Shown here: positions 35,860-38,866 of the stretch, piece after piece
Layout of the letters: each line of letters opens with the position of its first letter
Position numbering within the stretch: position 1 is the first letter of the stretch
IMG/VR virus record: IMGVR_UViG_3300005805_000205
Location: 1-38,866 of that record
DNA: 38,866 bases
Reading direction: 5' to 3' (one strand)
Origin: a virus
Taxonomy: Duplodnaviria; Caudoviricetes
Made by a program: the position numbers and the translations under genes
The notes under the pieces: generated by a model
What the model was told of the DNA's origin: nothing
What the model saw: only the letters and a program-made list of their open reading frames with translations
Database searches by the model: none

Positions 35860-36108
35860 ATGAGCACAAACTCAAACAGACCAAGTAGCTACACTAAGTT
35901 GAGCTACATCCAGAAAGTAAGCCGTATCAACCGTAAATTACGTAACGGTGACATTACAAACGTAGCAGCCGTAACAGGTTTCTCTACGACTCACGTATCT
36001 GACGTGATTGCTGGTAAGTACTTCAACGAGAAGATCGTGAACGAAGCGTACGACACAACTCGTGGCCGTATCAGCAATGCAGTTAAGTTATCTAGCTTAA
36101 TGGCATAG
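35860..36108 (+). CDS. Small HTH DNA-binding protein
   Basis: LRNGDITNVAAVTGFSTTHVSDVIAG helix-turn-helix pattern; has its own putative promoter and terminator. Confidence 0.65.
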   Translation: MSTNSNRPSSYTKLSYIQKVSRINRKLRNGDITNVAAVTGFSTTHVSDVIAGKYFNEKIVNEAYDTTRGRISNAVKLSSLMA

Positions 36109-36116
36109 TAAATTAC

Positions 36117-36155
36117 AAGAAGGGAGTTCAGCCATGTTCTCCCTTCTTTTTCTTT
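36117..36155 (+). terminator. Rho-independent terminator
   Basis: AAGAAGGGAG (36117-36126) pairs with CTCCCTTCTT (36139-36148) and is followed by a T-tract. Confidence 0.85.
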
Positions 36156-36202
36156 GTATCTAATTAGGCAGCATTGCCACCAAATATATTAAAATAAAAG
36201 TT

Positions 36203-36997
36203 ATGACAAAATCAATCGAGACGATCTCAATGGATCGCGCAAAAGTAATGGCTCCAGCAATCTTCGCAACAGAGCCTGCAAGTTACATCAACCAGAAACT
36301 GTACACATTCACACCGACTACGGGCATCATCGATCAGATGAACAGCCAAGGTTGGCAGTTAACCCGCGTACAGCAATCCCAATCCAAATCGGACCTAAGA
36401 AAGAACTACGGTATACACATCGTAAGGTTCCAACACCCAGACATCTACATCAAGGATCAGAACGGTGGAGTGGAGGCAAGACCTGAGATCGTGGTAATTA
36501 ACTCTCACGACGGTACAAAGCCACTACAGTTCGAAGCTGGTCTATTCAGATTGGTATGCGAGAACGGATTGGTGCTTAAGACCCAAGACTTCGGCGGTTT
36601 CAAAGAGAGACACACCAAGTTTACCTTAGACAGTTTAAAGGAGAAGATAGACGAGAAGATGAGCATCATGAACAACACAGTAGGTACTATATCCAGATGG
36701 GCAGGCAAAGAGATGAGCAGCTTAGAGAGAAGACAGTTCGCAACAGAGGCGTTGAAGCTAAGGATCTCAACAGACAGAACGCCCGAGGAGTACGAGATCA
36801 TGGAGATCTTAAACCCAAGAAGAGACGCGGACAAGGCCAACACTCTATGGCACACGTTCAACAGAGTACAGGAGAACCTGATCAAGGGAGGCTATCAGAT
36901 GAACAACAGAACAGCTAGAGCCATCACCAATCCTTTGGAGGACATGGTATTGAACCAAGGCCTGTGGCAGATCGCGGACGGCTTCGTCGCAGCTTAA
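36203..36997 (+). CDS. DUF932/DUF945 family protein
   Basis: APAIFA, Y.F.PT, H.VRF, INSHDGT, AGLFRLVCENGL, RRDAD and LWHTFNRVQENLIKGG motifs. Confidence 0.9.
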   Translation: MTKSIETISMDRAKVMAPAIFATEPASYINQKLYTFTPTTGIIDQMNSQGWQLTRVQQSQSKSDLRKNYGIHIVRFQHPDIYIKDQNGGVEARPEIVVINSHDGTKPLQFEAGLFRLVCENGLVLKTQDFGGFKERHTKFTLDSLKEKIDEKMSIMNNTVGTISRWAGKEMSSLERRQFATEALKLRISTDRTPEEYEIMEILNPRRDADKANTLWHTFNRVQENLIKGGYQMNNRTARAITNPLEDMVLNQGLWQIADGFVAA

Positions 36998-37006
36998 GAC
37001 CCAATT

Positions 37007-37145
37007 GGATTGCATGTAGGTCGCTAGTGAAAAATTCGAAGCGCTAGCGACCCGCAAGCGTCCCACCAACGACACGATTATCGGAGGCAGCGAACTGCTA
37101 GGGGGGCCCCTGGTCCCTTAGTCCGTCACCGAGAATTCCCCCGGT
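37007..37145. other. GC-rich multi-hairpin intergenic element
   Basis: Stems GGTCGCTAGTG/CGCTAGCGACC (37019-37052), GCAG-CGAA-CTGC (37087-37098) and CTAGGGG...CCCTTAG (37098-37121). Confidence 0.6.
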
Positions 37146-37177
37146 TTTCACATTGTTAAAACTATAAATACAAATAT

Positions 37178-37375
37178 ATGTCGCCATTTACGCAAGAACA
37201 GATCAATAGCTACATTGAATTAGCTGCTTTAAAAACAGCTACAGAATTGGCATTAGAGGACGGGGAAGATTTTAATCCTGCCGATATTGGAAATTACGAC
37301 GACATATACGACAGAGGACTTTTGGACGCTCAAATTGAGAACGCTAGATTCATTTTAAATCTATTTAAACTGTAA
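37178..37375 (+). CDS. Hypothetical acidic protein
   Basis: A-rich leader; GNYDD.Y..G...A motif. Confidence 0.7.
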   Translation: MSPFTQEQINSYIELAALKTATELALEDGEDFNPADIGNYDDIYDRGLLDAQIENARFILNLFKL

Positions 37376-37378
37376 TAT

Positions 37379-37552
37379 ATGATCAAGCAAGAGGTAATAG
37401 ACATCGTGACCAAAGAGATAACCCGATTCGAGGTCATAGATCATACTAGCAAGAAGAGAGGTCGCATAGTAGTGGAGTACAACGTCAATGTTGAATTGTC
37501 ACTACAGGACGAGAACAAGACTTTAAAAGTATTCTTAACAAACAAAAAATAA
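37379..37552 (+). CDS. Small phage protein (57 aa)
   Basis: ITRFEVIDH...GR...VELSLQDENKTLKVFL; not in the ORF track. Confidence 0.7.
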   Translation: MIKQEVIDIVTKEITRFEVIDHTSKKRGRIVVEYNVNVELSLQDENKTLKVFLTNKK

Positions 37553-37563
37553 AACAAAATAAA

Positions 37564-37731
37564 ATGGCACAAGAATTAGACTACGTTATCGTAGAAGCAA
37601 ACACGGTTGGAGAATTGGAAAAGAAGGTAAACGACAGATTGGCTTTCGAATACGTTATCACCGATACACCAATAGTAATTCACACAGACAATCAGGGCAT
37701 CCGTTATTTTCAAACCATGGTAAAAGCATAA
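37564..37731 (+). CDS. DUF1737-like small protein (55 aa)
   Basis: Y.IVEA....ELEKKVN..L...YFQTMVK; not in the ORF track. Confidence 0.6.
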   Translation: MAQELDYVIVEANTVGELEKKVNDRLAFEYVITDTPIVIHTDNQGIRYFQTMVKA

Positions 37732-37734
37732 CCT

Positions 37735-37908
37735 ATGTTGGATCTAATAATCGACCTAATGACCTGCATAAACGCGTTGGGAAAAAACAGCGCACCGCAG
37801 GAGAAAAAACGCAGACTAAAGGACGCTATCGAGAGCGCGCAAGCCATCGAAAACCGCCTGCAGCGAGAGCTCAAGCTTTTGGAAAATGCCAACCTGGAGC
37901 TCCGCTAA
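37735..37908 (+). CDS. Small coiled-coil protein (57 aa)
   Basis: MLDLIIDLMTCINALG...RLQRELKLLENANLELR fills the gap on the coding strand. Confidence 0.55.
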   Translation: MLDLIIDLMTCINALGKNSAPQEKKRRLKDAIESAQAIENRLQRELKLLENANLELR

Positions 37909-37945
37909 ATTTTTAATTACCCTCAAAAATTAAATACAAATTTAC

Positions 37946-38125
37946 ATGAAGAAAGTTTTAAAGTACCTTACGCTAGCGCTAATCGTAGCAAACTATTTGT
38001 TGTGCCTGTTCAACCTGTTGCGCGGAGAGTTCACGCTTTCCCTAAACGAGTTCACCATCGGCACACTTTTCACCTACATCTATTTCTCAGAATCGTTTAA
38101 CGACGACGAACCTTTTAAAAGCTAA
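37946..38125 (+). CDS. Small membrane protein (59 aa)
   Basis: MKKVLKYLTLALIVANYLLCLFNLL...; A-rich leader. Confidence 0.6.
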   Translation: MKKVLKYLTLALIVANYLLCLFNLLRGEFTLSLNEFTIGTLFTYIYFSESFNDDEPFKS

Positions 38126-38131
38126 TCATGC

Positions 38132-38308
38132 ATGAACCAACCAACCAGCAACGAAGATCAACTAATGATCGAAATGATTCTAGTGGAAGCGGACTCGTGG
38201 GGCCTGAGATGGGAAGTGGATCGGGACGCGAAGAGATATCTAGAGGACGGAACGGCCGACGACAGGGTGGAGGCCTACATCTGGGCCTACGAGGACTGGA
38301 TCAAGTAG
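38132..38308 (+). CDS. Small phage protein (58 aa)
   Basis: MNQPTSNEDQLMIEMILVEADSWGLRWEV...AYIWAYEDWIK is more protein-like than the overlapping 38128 frame. Confidence 0.65.
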   Translation: MNQPTSNEDQLMIEMILVEADSWGLRWEVDRDAKRYLEDGTADDRVEAYIWAYEDWIK

Positions 38309-38401
38309 TAGAGAACAATCAAATCAATTATTGGAAGGTCTTAGACGAGATTAGGGAAGCCCTGGTCGAGATCAATCAAACTCTTAAGATGAAACTCTAA
38401 T

Positions 38402-38866
38402 ATGAAACGCATATCTGCAGAACAGTCTCGATTCTATGTGCCTTTGGATATCGAGAACGACAAGTACGCTTTACAAAAGGCCAAAGCATTTACCTGCACT
38501 CCGACCGAGGACGGCTGGGAGGACGTGACTTACTTTGGCGAGGCCATACTCGATCCAACTGGTAGCGTTAGAAAGCCGCAGTGGGTCTATGTACTGGTCA
38601 ATAAGAGTTTACCTGGCGTTTGTAAAATTGGCATGACCACGAAGTCTGTGGACGAGAGGGTACGAGAAATAAACTCTGCTACTGGCGTGATTACTCCTTG
38701 GTTCTCGGTCTACAAACACAAGTGCGTTAACGCTCGATCCATAGAAAAGACGGTGCACGAGAAGCTAGAGAATTTCGGTAAACGCGTTAACAGAAAGCGA
38801 GAAGGATTCGAGTGTACTACCGAATTGGCAATCGCAACAATAAAAGAGGTCGCTGAGGCCTACGAA
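38402..38866 (+). CDS. GIY-YIG-type T5orf172/MUG113-domain protein, 3'-truncated by window edge
   Basis: WVYVLVNKSLPGVCKIGMT...ER..EI.SATGV..P...E..VH..L...RVN..REGF; not in the ORF track. Confidence 0.88.
   Translation, partial: MKRISAEQSRFYVPLDIENDKYALQKAKAFTCTPTEDGWEDVTYFGEAILDPTGSVRKPQWVYVLVNKSLPGVCKIGMTTKSVDERVREINSATGVITPWFSVYKHKCVNARSIEKTVHEKLENFGKRVNRKREGFECTTELAIATIKEVAEAYE

Noticed and set aside
30882-36918. Alternative-frame + strand ORFs at 30882-31103, 32803-33042 and 36697-36918
   Set aside because: Each is nested in a stronger gene; the latter two are expected by-products of local T depletion, which removes stop codons.
36998-37150. tRNA or a known ribozyme in the GC-rich element
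   Set aside because: No cloverleaf with a T-loop (GTTCRA) and no ribozyme core that I could recognise; kept only as an unassigned structure.
153-37892. All minus-strand ORFs in the supplied track
   Set aside because: They shadow well-supported + strand genes or regulatory DNA, and have no recognisable motifs or leaders.
38128-38400. 90-aa ORF from the track
   Set aside because: Its Gly/Arg/Ser-rich N-terminal two-thirds is the off-frame reading of the better 38132-38308 gene. Only the last ~30 codons look protein-like, and they lack a clear start.
1-38866. Stop-codon reassignment, as in some large phages
   Set aside because: Recognisable enzymes are full length under the standard code, and TAA, TAG and TGA all end genes with tight packing.

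Overview
A 38.9-kb, AT-rich, gene-dense segment coded almost entirely on the + strand. It looks like part of a large dsDNA bacteriophage with a probable Bacteroidota host. This is inferred from the lack of Shine-Dalgarno motifs, A-rich leaders ending in (A)GTTATG, TAnnTTT(G/A) -7 promoter boxes and many short phage-type ORFs; no capsid, terminase or polymerase gene is in view. Bases 1-15.4 kb are a 19-gene glycan island: GT4-like, GT2, GT11 and GT17 glycosyltransferases, gmd, fcl, an RfbH/E1-like 3-dehydrase, SDR epimerases, DUF3431, DUF5672 and a methyltransferase. Bases 15.4-38.9 kb hold mostly small accessory genes: a degenerate HNH protein, three HExxH zincin-like proteins, a TraR/DksA-like Zn finger, a metallophosphoesterase, UvsE, a Ser/Thr/Pro-repeat lectin-fold protein, a Tat-signal mini-protein, an HTH protein, DUF932 and a T5orf172 nuclease. 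The strongest signals are non-coding. (i) A ~88-bp promoter module occurs three times with identical 75-bp internal spacing and clusters of IHF-like YAAN4TTGGTT boxes. (ii) An origin-like region at 34.6-35.1 kb has palindromes, iteron-like repeats and two parS-like sites, and sits at the edge of a strongly T-depleted zone. (iii) An intergenic ATATTTAT motif behaves like a phage late promoter. (iv) A GC-rich multi-hairpin element lies at 37.0-37.15 kb. All family calls come from motif recognition by eye, not from database searches.
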